From the IMG/VR virus record IMGVR_UViG_3300030085_002014, positions 1-51,519 of that record: a stretch of 51,519 bases of DNA; one strand, given 5' to 3'. Shown here in pieces: positions 27,157 to 35,384 of this stretch (its first letter is position 1; the number at the start of each line of letters is the position of its first letter). The notes under the pieces were generated by a model. That model made no database searches. It had not been told where the DNA came from and worked only from the letters and a program-made list of their open reading frames with translations. The translations under genes and the position numbers were made by a program. Origin of the DNA: a virus (Duplodnaviria > Caudoviricetes).

Positions 27157-27191
27157 GGGACATTGTCAATTAACAACTAATGAGGAAAACT

Positions 27192-27404
27192 ATGACAAAA
27201 AATACTATTGAATTTAGCGAACAGCCTTTACACGATCCGCTGACACAGATGTTCATTCAGGATTTCTGTAACAAGTGCAGTATCGGGGCGGACATGAGCC
27301 GAGAACAGTTTAAAAACTTTCTTGAGAAACAATCGGTCAGGGACGCTCTTAATGATCGTGATATGGATAAGCTTGAAGAGTTGATCGCTGAGGAAACGAA
27401 ATGA
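27192..27404 (+). CDS. Hypothetical early protein
   Basis: GAGGAAAACTATG leader. Confidence 0.7.
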   Translation: MTKNTIEFSEQPLHDPLTQMFIQDFCNKCSIGADMSREQFKNFLEKQSVRDALNDRDMDKLEELIAEETK

Positions 27405-27625
27405 GATCGCCTTTCGAAAATAAATTGATCGATCAGGGCTTTGCAGATACCCGCGCTCCGAAACTAGCGGAAGCGGTAGATCGTTTGCATAGCGCAATAT
27501 CTTATATGGATAGCTTCAACATATCTTTATTAAAGAAGCATTATCCAGAAGCGATTACTCTAGCTCGTAAGCTCGGGTATTGTGATAGCGTTTCGAACAA
27601 GTTTGAGGACGATATTTATTATTGA
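27401..27625 (+). CDS. Hypothetical early protein
   Basis: GAGG RBS, ATGA coupling. Confidence 0.65.
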   Translation: MRSPFENKLIDQGFADTRAPKLAEAVDRLHSAISYMDSFNISLLKKHYPEAITLARKLGYCDSVSNKFEDDIYY

Positions 27626-27706
27626 CCCATCTTATATAATCTCATATAACTGTAGGGGCGGGGTAATTCCGCCCCGTTTTATTTTAACTTAACTACGAGG
27701 AAAACT
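27622..27706 (+). promoter_or_regulatory. Early promoter with AATTCC-loop hairpin and leader
   Basis: TTGACC-N17-TATAAC; hairpin 27655-27680; TAACTACGAGG leader. Confidence 0.7.
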
Positions 27707-28711
27707 ATGAACGATATTGTAAACAATCTTTTAAGTAATGCTTCTGCCAAGGCGGAGCAAAACGAAACTTTCGAGGGCTTCCCGCCTTTGGATAAATGTT
27801 CTTATAACGCCGAGTTTCAAAGGCTTTTTTATAACTCTGGTCTAGACGGGGTATCTGTTAGACCTATTACAATAGAACCAGAAATGGGACGGGCAATAGT
27901 CAGGACCGATAACCACGCTATCTTAGGCATTATGAAAAAGCGTTATGCTATTTGTAATAATGAAGATCTTATTGTCCCTGTTCAGGAAGCGCTTGAAGAT
28001 ACGCTCCCAAAAGGCGCAATGAACAATATTAAGTTGATTGAGAGTACCGCCGACGGGGGATCGGTTGCTAGGTTCGGCTATCACTTTGACGGGCTTGGGC
28101 ATGAGATCCGCCAGTTATCAGGGAGCGCAACCCAATTAAATTTTATGGTGCGGGTTGTAAACTCTTTTGGCGGGCAAACAGCTATCCGCGTTCAGGCGGG
28201 AGCGCTTGACCTTGTTTGTACTAATGGCATGACTAGTCAAAAGGAACTAGGGGCGCAGAACTGGGGACATACAGCGGGTTTTAAGCCTGAATATATAAAG
28301 CCTTGGTTAACTGAGCAGATAGCCTTTTATGAAACTAAAGTTAAAGTTTGGGAGCAATGGGCAAACAGGGAGATAACACCCGAACAGGCACAAGCCGTTC
28401 TTGATGCGAATTACCCCGCTTCAGAAAGTGAGATAGCCAGAGCGGAGAAGAAAGGCAAAGTTGCGGGGGAGATCCAGAGTCGAAAAGCCCGCGCCATGAT
28501 GGAACAGCTTGATAAAGAATTTCAGGCTAGGGGAACAACTGTTTGGGCTTTATATTCCGCCTTGACTTATTACAGCTCCCACAACTCCGAAACTTTCAAA
28601 GTTAAAAATTCCGACAACCGCGACAACGTTGAGAGAACTTTAATTGAGCGGGAGCGGGAGGTCTCACGGGTTGAAGCTTCGGAAAGTTTCCAAGAATTAG
28701 CCGTAGTTTAA
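27707..28711 (+). CDS. DUF932 (DUF945)-family protein
   Basis: NSFGG...GALDLVCTNGM and TVWALYSALTYYSSH match DUF932 signatures. Confidence 0.75.
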   Translation: MNDIVNNLLSNASAKAEQNETFEGFPPLDKCSYNAEFQRLFYNSGLDGVSVRPITIEPEMGRAIVRTDNHAILGIMKKRYAICNNEDLIVPVQEALEDTLPKGAMNNIKLIESTADGGSVARFGYHFDGLGHEIRQLSGSATQLNFMVRVVNSFGGQTAIRVQAGALDLVCTNGMTSQKELGAQNWGHTAGFKPEYIKPWLTEQIAFYETKVKVWEQWANREITPEQAQAVLDANYPASESEIARAEKKGKVAGEIQSRKARAMMEQLDKEFQARGTTVWALYSALTYYSSHNSETFKVKNSDNRDNVERTLIEREREVSRVEASESFQELAVV

Positions 28712-28735
28712 AACGTTCAAAATTAAACCTACTCG

Positions 28736-28764
28736 GGGCGGGTGTTTACATCCGCCCTTTTTTT
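28736..28764 (+). terminator. Rho-independent terminator
   Basis: GGGCGGGTG-TTTA-CATCCGCCC followed by T7. Confidence 0.8.
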
Positions 28765-28807
28765 ATGTATATGTGGGATAAATCTTATAACTATGGAGTG
28801 TTTAAAA

Positions 28808-29527
28808 ATGGTTTTATTAGTAAATGAATTTAGCACGGGCAAAAAAACAAAAGGGTTAGCCGTCACCTATCGGGCGGGATCAGGGGACAAATTCGGAACT
28901 TGCCCCGCTGATTGTAAACTAAACCCGAGCGGGCGCGGGTGTTCAGCAACCGCGATTGATTATGAATATTTAAACGCCGTTTATAATAGCGTACCGCGGG
29001 GCGGGTTCGCTTTTACGTTTTCACACTTTAACCCCATTAAATGGTTTAAAGATTTATTGCCCCGCGGTAAGTTTGCGACAATCAATTACAGCGCCGACAC
29101 TTGGCAAGACGTTTTATATTTCTTTAAAGATTGCGCGATCCCTACAGTTTTAACAGTCGCTGAAAACTTTTGGGGCGGGGCTAAATCTATTGAGCGGGAC
29201 GGCGTGCGGGTTGTTCGATGCCCCGAAGAATATATACCAACTGTTAGTTGTGTGAATTGCGGGGGCGTTTCTGGTCCATTGTGCGCCCGATCCGATCGTA
29301 ATTATATAATCGGGTTTACAGCTCACGGGGGATCTAAAAACAAAATAAACCGCGGGGAGCGGGGCGGGTGTTACGCCAACGGCGGGAATGTAAACATACA
29401 TTGGGAGCGATTAACCCAAAAACCGCAGGAAAAAACCGACGCGGAAATATTACGTGAATTTGTTAAAACTATTCCGCCCCGCCGAATATTAAGGCATCAT
29501 ATCGCGGGGGATATTGGCAAACAATAA
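28808..29527 (+). CDS. Cys-rich phage protein (Gp88/DUF7227-like, possibly Fe-S binding)
   Basis: TCPADC, CPEE, CVNC..LC, IIGFTAHG, GCYA and RHHIAGD motifs; ATGGAG RBS. Confidence 0.6.
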   Translation: MVLLVNEFSTGKKTKGLAVTYRAGSGDKFGTCPADCKLNPSGRGCSATAIDYEYLNAVYNSVPRGGFAFTFSHFNPIKWFKDLLPRGKFATINYSADTWQDVLYFFKDCAIPTVLTVAENFWGGAKSIERDGVRVVRCPEEYIPTVSCVNCGGVSGPLCARSDRNYIIGFTAHGGSKNKINRGERGGCYANGGNVNIHWERLTQKPQEKTDAEILREFVKTIPPRRILRHHIAGDIGKQ

Positions 29528-29550
29528 ACCCGCCCCCTAGCGCCGATTTA

Positions 29551-29659
29551 AAGCCCGTTCACGCGGGCTTTTTTTATGGGCTTGCGTTTTTCTCTTATAT
29601 AATCTTATAATGGATCAGGCGGGCAATTCCGCCCGTCTTAACTATGGAGTAAAAAAACT
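29551..29659 (+). promoter_or_regulatory. Terminator, promoter, AATTCC hairpin and leader cassette
   Basis: AAGCCCG-TTCACG-CGGGCTT plus T tract; TTGCGT-N18-TATAAT; AGGCGGGC-AATTCC-GCCCGTCT; TAACTATGGAG. Confidence 0.75.
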
Positions 29660-29848
29660 ATGCAAACTAGACAAGAAAAATTAATGGCTTCCAATCCGCA
29701 TTTATTCGCGACTGTGAAAGGCTATAAATTTTATGAACACCCTATTTATGGGGACGAAAGCTCTTTAATGATGATGAAGCCCGACGGGGAACTAATAGAG
29801 TTTTCCGATTGGTTCGAAGTTCCAACGCCTTATGAATTGGAGGGTTAA
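29660..29848 (+). CDS. Hypothetical early protein
   Basis: FYEHPIYGDE motif; cassette leader. Confidence 0.7.
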   Translation: MQTRQEKLMASNPHLFATVKGYKFYEHPIYGDESSLMMMKPDGELIEFSDWFEVPTPYELEG

Positions 29849-29851
29849 ACA

Positions 29852-30112
29852 ATGCCAATAATTTATAAAAACGGGCGTTCAATTCATTATATGAAATTAA
29901 ACAGATATCAGCTCCGAGCTTTAAAACGCCTTTATGATCGAGTACGCCCGACTAAAGAAAACGGGCTGTTAAATCAAGTAGCGGTTCCTGATATTAGTTT
30001 TAGGGAATTTAGGCGCGGGGTTTATCCTATGATCGGAGCAAAAGAGACCGCGTGTATTAATTACGGCAATATAACCTACGGGATCGAACCCGACGGATAT
30101 TGTCACACATAA
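29852..30112 (+). CDS. Hypothetical early protein
   Basis: GGAGG RBS; C-terminus GIEPDGYCHT. Confidence 0.7.
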   Translation: MPIIYKNGRSIHYMKLNRYQLRALKRLYDRVRPTKENGLLNQVAVPDISFREFRRGVYPMIGAKETACINYGNITYGIEPDGYCHT

Positions 30113-30136
30113 CCGCGCTCGATAACAGCCCCAGAG

Positions 30137-30247
30137 AAGCCCGCCCCCGTGCGGGCTTTTTTGTTGCAAACTTGCATTAATCTTATTTTTTCCTATACTT
30201 AATTAGTCGGTGCAATTCCGCCCGACTTTTAACTATGGAGTAAAACT
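30137..30247 (+). promoter_or_regulatory. Terminator, promoter, AATTCC hairpin and leader cassette
   Basis: AAGCCCGC...GCGGGCTT plus T tract; TTGCAT-N16-TATACT; AGTCGG(T)GC-AATTCC-GCCCGACT; TAACTATGGAG. Confidence 0.75.
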
Positions 30248-30670
30248 ATGAGTTTAGATTTTAGATTAGATGAAATTGTAGGTTATCGGACCTTATGTTG
30301 GCGCGATGATAAAACAATGAACCCCGTCACCGAAAATTTGATTTGGGCAACCATGAACACGGGCATCGGTCATATAAGAGCTGACAACGTGAACGAGTTC
30401 TTTACGCGCTTGCAAATTACCGAGTTTGTTTATGGTAAAAGCGTTTATAACCCGAACACTAATGAAAGCCTTTTGACCTTGGAAGCGATCACAGCTCATA
30501 TCGGGCTGTCAACGAATGCAACCCGATTAAACAAGCGGGCATTTAAAGAAAAAATGTTTGGAGCTTTAGAACGTATCGCCAACGATCGACTAAAATACGT
30601 TTTACGGGATCAAAAAGTTAGGGCGTCAACGGGCGCTAGTGTTCCCCCAAGTATCGAGTTAAACGCATAA
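30248..30670 (+). CDS. Hypothetical early protein
   Basis: 140 aa; LIWATM..GIG..I...HIGLSTN; cassette leader. Confidence 0.7.
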   Translation: MSLDFRLDEIVGYRTLCWRDDKTMNPVTENLIWATMNTGIGHIRADNVNEFFTRLQITEFVYGKSVYNPNTNESLLTLEAITAHIGLSTNATRLNKRAFKEKMFGALERIANDRLKYVLRDQKVRASTGASVPPSIELNA

Positions 30671-30696
30671 ACTAACACCCGTTTATAGCTCAAATT

Positions 30697-30722
30697 AAGC
30701 CCGCTCACGCGGGCTTTTTTTT
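30697..30722 (+). terminator. Rho-independent terminator (near copy of the one at 29551)
   Basis: AAGCCCGC-TCAC-GCGGGCTT followed by a T tract. Confidence 0.85.
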
Positions 30723-30739
30723 GGTCTTTATTTACAGTT

Positions 30740-30945
30740 AAACCCGCAACGGCCCGCCGTCCGCGCTCGAGCTGAAACGTACCGAGAACCGCCCGCCGTC
30801 GATCAGCTCCCAACGATCCTCCCGCCGAGATCCGCGGGAACTGGTGCCAGATCCGACGGGAGCCGCTCGAGATCCACCGCCCCCGATCCGATAGGAGCCG
30901 CTCCAGATCCTGACAGATCCGCCGAGATCCGCGGACCGCGGACCA
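30740..30945. repeat. GC-rich short-repeat region with 9 GATC; candidate genome terminus/packaging region
   Basis: CCGCCGAGATCCGCGG twice, GGAGCCGCTC twice, GCGGACC twice; GATC spaced 14, 14, 21, 21, 14, 21, 10, 10 nt. Confidence 0.6.
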
Positions 30946-31107
30946 TGAAAAGCGCAGCCCTTTTTATTGCGCGGGACCCCTGAATATCGGGTCATTTTAT
31001 GTTGAAAAAATTTTAAAAAACTACTCTGGACGAACAGCCACCGGTGTCGCAGGCACTAGTGCATGGGCCATGTTTTTCACGAATAATTATACAGAAAATC
31101 GTATCAA

Positions 31108-31123
31108 TGTTTCACGTGAAACA
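31108..31123. promoter_or_regulatory. parS: parS site (ParB/Spo0J binding palindrome)
   Basis: TGTTTCACGTGAAACA, a perfect 16-bp match to the canonical chromosomal parS consensus, in non-coding DNA. Confidence 0.85.
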
Positions 31124-31218
31124 ATGCCTAATTATTGTGCAATAAAAAAGGTTCTTGTTAACTGCCTAAAAAACGTGCATATTAAGGCTGTTTATTAACC
31201 ATCTACCGAGGTCCGAGA

Positions 31219-31839
31219 ATGAGGAAACGAAAAGTAGGCAAAACGGGCATACGCCAAGAGACTAGAGGTCGTAAACCCGCCACGATAAAAACCCCTTTGA
31301 CACGTAAGCAAGAGCTGTTTGTCCGCGAACTGGTTAGCAAGGACGGACAGATAACTATGCGAGAAGCCGCAGAGAATGCCGGGTACAGCGCAACGAGTGC
31401 GCATACACGTGCGTATGAGTTAACGAACCAACATATCTCGCCTCATGTTGTTCATGCAATCAGAGAGTATCGTCGTCAGTTAGACGAGAAGTATGGTATT
31501 ACGTTTCATCGTCATGTGAGGGACCTCCAGATTATCCGGGACGAGGCATTGGCAAATGGGGCCTACTCGGCCGCGGTGCAGGCAGAGTTTCGTCGTGGTA
31601 TGGCGCAGGGCGATATATATGTTAATAAATCTGAGATACGACACGGGAGCATAGACAGTATGTCTAAGGAAGAAGTTATGAAAGCATTGAAGGAGATAAA
31701 GGAGAGTTATGCCCCAGTCACAATCGACATCAGCCCAGAAGAGGATAACGATAGCCGTGAAGAAGGAGAGCGGCTTTTACAAACAAGTGAAGGAAGCGGC
31801 GCAAAGAGTAAGTCGAAAGCTGTCGCTAACGCGAATTGA
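31219..31839 (+). CDS. terS: Terminase small subunit
   Basis: LTRKQELFV...AAENAGYS HTH typical of TerS; upstream of terL. Confidence 0.8.
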   Translation: MRKRKVGKTGIRQETRGRKPATIKTPLTRKQELFVRELVSKDGQITMREAAENAGYSATSAHTRAYELTNQHISPHVVHAIREYRRQLDEKYGITFHRHVRDLQIIRDEALANGAYSAAVQAEFRRGMAQGDIYVNKSEIRHGSIDSMSKEEVMKALKEIKESYAPVTIDISPEEDNDSREEGERLLQTSEGSGAKSKSKAVANAN

Positions 31840-32167
31840 AAACTGGGTCGGAGCCGGAATCCCAGACGTCCTCCTCTGTGATACCCATGGTTGTTTTCAT
31901 TTTGTTGAGCTCAAGTTTACGACGACGGACAAAGTAGATCTGCGCCCGTCACAGGTATCATGGCTCACGAAACACAAACACGCGTCTTGTTGGATATTGA
32001 TTAAGAAACAGAAGAAGCCGTCGGAGCGTGCGGAAATGTTTTTGTTTAAGGCAGAAGATGCCGTAGATTTGAAGATGGACGGGTTGAAGGATAAGAAGCC
32101 GGAGTTTCATTGTATGCAGCCGTTTCGTTGGGACGATATGTTTTTTAAGATTGTAGGGGCCCCCTGA
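31757..32167 (+). CDS. PD-(D/E)xK nuclease (Holliday junction resolvase / VRR-NUC-like)
   Basis: E..F...RIEN...GIPDV...FVELK...LRPSQ; GTG start after GAGG. Confidence 0.75.
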   Translation: MKKESGFYKQVKEAAQRVSRKLSLTRIENWVGAGIPDVLLCDTHGCFHFVELKFTTTDKVDLRPSQVSWLTKHKHASCWILIKKQKKPSERAEMFLFKAEDAVDLKMDGLKDKKPEFHCMQPFRWDDMFFKIVGAP

Positions 32168-33612
32168 TGGATGTTTCAGAGCAGGAGGCCAAGCTTAAAC
32201 TCAGACTGGCACAATTAGAAAAGAACGAAAGGTGTCAGGAGGACTTTTTAATTTTTGTAAAAAATATGTGGCCGGACTTTATTGCAGGTCGGCATCATAA
32301 GATTATTGCGGAGAAGTTAGAGCGTGTGGCACGCGGTGAGCTGAAGCGTTTGATTATTAATATGGCCCCGAGACATACCAAGTCGGAGTTTGCAAGCTTT
32401 TTGTTTCCGGCGTGGATGATGGGTAAGAATCCTAAGATGAAGATTATTCAAGCGACACACACTACAGAGTTAGCCGTGAACTTTGGACGTAAGACCAAGA
32501 ACCTTATTGATAGTGATGACTATAAGGATATCTTTCCGTCTGTTAATCTGTCGGCGGACAGTAAAGCATCCGGTCGTTGGGACACGACATCGGGCGGTAT
32601 GTATTATGCGGTTGGTGTTGGTTCGAACTTAGCGGGTCGTGGTGGCGACTTGGTGATTATAGATGATCCACACTCAGAGCAGACGGCGATGTCGAATACG
32701 GGTTTTGACGATGCATGGGACTGGTATACTGGGGGCCCCCGACAGAGACTACAGCCGGGCGGCAGTATTGTTTTGGTACAGACAAGGTGGTCCGAAAAAG
32801 ATATGACGGGACAGTTGATGCGTGCGATGGCTAAGGATGAGTTAGCGGACCAGTGGGAAGTTGTGGAGTTACCGGCGATCTTTGAAGATGGATCACCCTG
32901 TTGGCCAGAGTTCTGGAGCCTCGATGATTTGACAGCGGTACGCGCATCTATACCGCCTAGTAAATGGAACGCGCAGTATCAGCAGAATCCGACAGGTGAG
33001 GAGAATGCAATTATACCCAGAGAGTGGTGGAAAAGGTGGGAGCAGGAGAATGTACCCAATCTTGAGTATGTGATACAGAGCTACGATACGGCGTTCACGA
33101 AACGCGAGACATCGGACTTTAGTGCGATTACGACATGGGGCGTGTTTTATCCGGAAGAAGCAGGGGGACCCCCGGCGTTGATACTTCTGGATAGTCAGAA
33201 GGATCGGTGGGACTTTCCTGAGTTAAAGCAGGTAGCGTTGGAGCAATATAAGTACTGGGAGCCGGATACGATAATTATAGAAGCGAAAGCGACGGGCTTG
33301 CCCTTGACCCACGAACTACGGAACATGGGTATACCTGTTGTCAACTTTACACCGAGTAAAGGTAATGATAAGGTGACGCGCGTGCACTCTGTATCGGTGC
33401 TTTTCGAAGCGGGCATGGTGTACGCACCAGACACAAAGTTTGCGGATGAGATGATAGAGGAGGTTGCAGCTTTTCCAAATGGGGAGTATGATGACCTTGT
33501 GGATAGTATGACACAAGCTTTGATGCGGTATCGTCAGGGTAATTTTGTGCAGCTACCGAGTGACGATTGGGATGAGGATGACAACAACGTGCAGGTTAGG
33601 GCTTATTATTGA
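32167..33612 (+). CDS. terL: Terminase large subunit
   Basis: APRHTKS Walker A, IIDDP Walker B, QTRW, and nuclease motifs SYDTA, IEAKA and DDLVDS. Confidence 0.95.
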   Translation: MDVSEQEAKLKLRLAQLEKNERCQEDFLIFVKNMWPDFIAGRHHKIIAEKLERVARGELKRLIINMAPRHTKSEFASFLFPAWMMGKNPKMKIIQATHTTELAVNFGRKTKNLIDSDDYKDIFPSVNLSADSKASGRWDTTSGGMYYAVGVGSNLAGRGGDLVIIDDPHSEQTAMSNTGFDDAWDWYTGGPRQRLQPGGSIVLVQTRWSEKDMTGQLMRAMAKDELADQWEVVELPAIFEDGSPCWPEFWSLDDLTAVRASIPPSKWNAQYQQNPTGEENAIIPREWWKRWEQENVPNLEYVIQSYDTAFTKRETSDFSAITTWGVFYPEEAGGPPALILLDSQKDRWDFPELKQVALEQYKYWEPDTIIIEAKATGLPLTHELRNMGIPVVNFTPSKGNDKVTRVHSVSVLFEAGMVYAPDTKFADEMIEEVAAFPNGEYDDLVDSMTQALMRYRQGNFVQLPSDDWDEDDNNVQVRAYY

Positions 33613-35369
33613 TGGAAGAAAAGAGCGTCTTACAGAAGATACAGGAAGGGGCTAAGGGCTTTACGGAGAGTGTTGAAGAGGGCATTACACCTTTTATACC
33701 GCCTGAGATACGTAAATTAAAACCAAGTATGGATTTTGTTTTGTCGGGTATGCCGCCGAATGTTATTCGGAGCGCCGGTGCAAAAACGCAACAGTTTTTT
33801 GACAGCGACATGAAAGATATAGCAAGTGGGATTGGTGCGCTTGGTGAAACGGCGTCTATGCTTGCGCCGGTAGGGTTGCTTGCACGCTTTGGGGCAAAAG
33901 CAGGAATGATGCCTCAAATGTCGCGAAAAGCGGTAGAAGATTTCTTTGCGTTACCCGTTAGTTCGTTTAAGGCTCCGACCGATGATGGTAAAGGATTTAT
34001 CACGCTTCACGGATCACGGCACGACTTTGAGCAGTTTGATCTAGGTAAGATAGGTAAGGGTGAGGGTAAGCAAGTCTTTGGGTACGGTTTATATTTTACG
34101 GATGTACCGGGGATTGCTAACTGGTATCGTAATGCAGGCGGACATCCGCGCGGTAAGAAGGGTCCTATCTATGAAACGCTTGTTAAGTCTACTAAAGAGG
34201 ACTTTTTAGATTTAAACAAGAATATCATGGAGCAGCCAAAGATGGTGGAGCGTTTGAAGTCTTTGCCTTACTTTGATGATTTCAAAGATTTCTATGAGCA
34301 GCGTCGGGTTGCTGCACAAAAGATGTTTAAGAATAAACAATTACCAACGTTTGAACAATCCGAAGGTCGTGAGATTTTACATGAGTTAGCTAATTTTCAA
34401 ATACTAAAAAACAAATCGCCAAAAGAGAGAAGTGAACTGTTGAACATTGTTGGGGCGCTTAGATTTGTAGATGAAAATAATAGAAGGGCGGACGAGGTAG
34501 CGGCGTCTGATTTATGGAACGTAGGTATAGATGGTCTTAAATATATGCCCGATTCCTTGCGTCAAGGGCGAACAGGAAAAACAACAGCGGGTCTTCCCGG
34601 TTTTAGCGCTAAAGAAGTGCCGGCAAAAACGGAAGATAGAAACTTTGTTGTGTTCGACGACACGATACTCAAAGTCCTTAACAAGTATGGCGTTGACGGT
34701 AAGGCGTTACGTTTAGAGCGCAAAGATAAAGGGGGGTATGCCATACCTGAAACTGTTGTGCCTCCAGTCGAGAATTTGTTGGGAGGTGATAAGCCCCAAC
34801 GATTTTATCATGGTACAAGGTCTGATTTTAAAGAATTTAACCCTGAAGCCGAGTTTACTTTTGTAGCAGATGACCCGGAAACCGCTGCATACTATGCCGG
34901 AGCTTCTAAAAGTACTCGTGATTTAAGTATTGATATAGGCTCTAATATTCGCCCCGTATACCTTAAAGACGTAAACTTCTTTGACGTTGATAATCCTAAG
35001 CACATAAAAATGTTAAAAGAAAGTGAGTTTTATAAATCAAATAAAAAGAATTTAGATTTGTTTGGCGAATACGATTCCCTTAGTGGCGATCCTAAAAATC
35101 AAAACAATTTTATAAATTCAGTTGAGGCGGGTAACTATGATACTATTGAAAACAGTGGGTTAATAAAGTGGATTAAATCAAAGGGTTTTGATGGTTTTAC
35201 AACATATGAACAAGAGGGTAAGAATTATGCTGTTTTTGATACAAAAAATATTGTCCCCGGTGTAGAGAAAAAAGCGAAGGGCGGTATCGCAGGATTGTCT
35301 GATGTGGCACGCGATATGTTCAAGGGTCCAAAAGGTATTGGCGCTTATCAACCGTTTATGGTAGGGTAA
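33609..35369 (+). CDS. Protein with two tandem ADP-ribosyltransferase-like (ART-PolyVal-type) domains
   Basis: Domain 1: LHGS..DFEQFD...GYGLYFT...GIDG...NFVVFD. Domain 2: YHGT..F..F...A.YA...PVYL...GFDG...YAVFD. Confidence 0.6.
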   Translation: MMEEKSVLQKIQEGAKGFTESVEEGITPFIPPEIRKLKPSMDFVLSGMPPNVIRSAGAKTQQFFDSDMKDIASGIGALGETASMLAPVGLLARFGAKAGMMPQMSRKAVEDFFALPVSSFKAPTDDGKGFITLHGSRHDFEQFDLGKIGKGEGKQVFGYGLYFTDVPGIANWYRNAGGHPRGKKGPIYETLVKSTKEDFLDLNKNIMEQPKMVERLKSLPYFDDFKDFYEQRRVAAQKMFKNKQLPTFEQSEGREILHELANFQILKNKSPKERSELLNIVGALRFVDENNRRADEVAASDLWNVGIDGLKYMPDSLRQGRTGKTTAGLPGFSAKEVPAKTEDRNFVVFDDTILKVLNKYGVDGKALRLERKDKGGYAIPETVVPPVENLLGGDKPQRFYHGTRSDFKEFNPEAEFTFVADDPETAAYYAGASKSTRDLSIDIGSNIRPVYLKDVNFFDVDNPKHIKMLKESEFYKSNKKNLDLFGEYDSLSGDPKNQNNFINSVEAGNYDTIENSGLIKWIKSKGFDGFTTYEQEGKNYAVFDTKNIVPGVEKKAKGGIAGLSDVARDMFKGPKGIGAYQPFMVG

Positions 35370-35384
35370 CGAAAAGGAGTTACT

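Noticed and set aside
27600-30722. Repeated intergenic elements as CRISPR repeats or integron attC sites
   Set aside because: The intervening DNA is whole genes, the repeats are terminator/promoter elements, and no cas or integrase gene is present.
30738-30995. 85-aa minus-strand ORF
   Set aside because: Low-complexity translation of the GC-rich repeat tract, with no convincing RBS.
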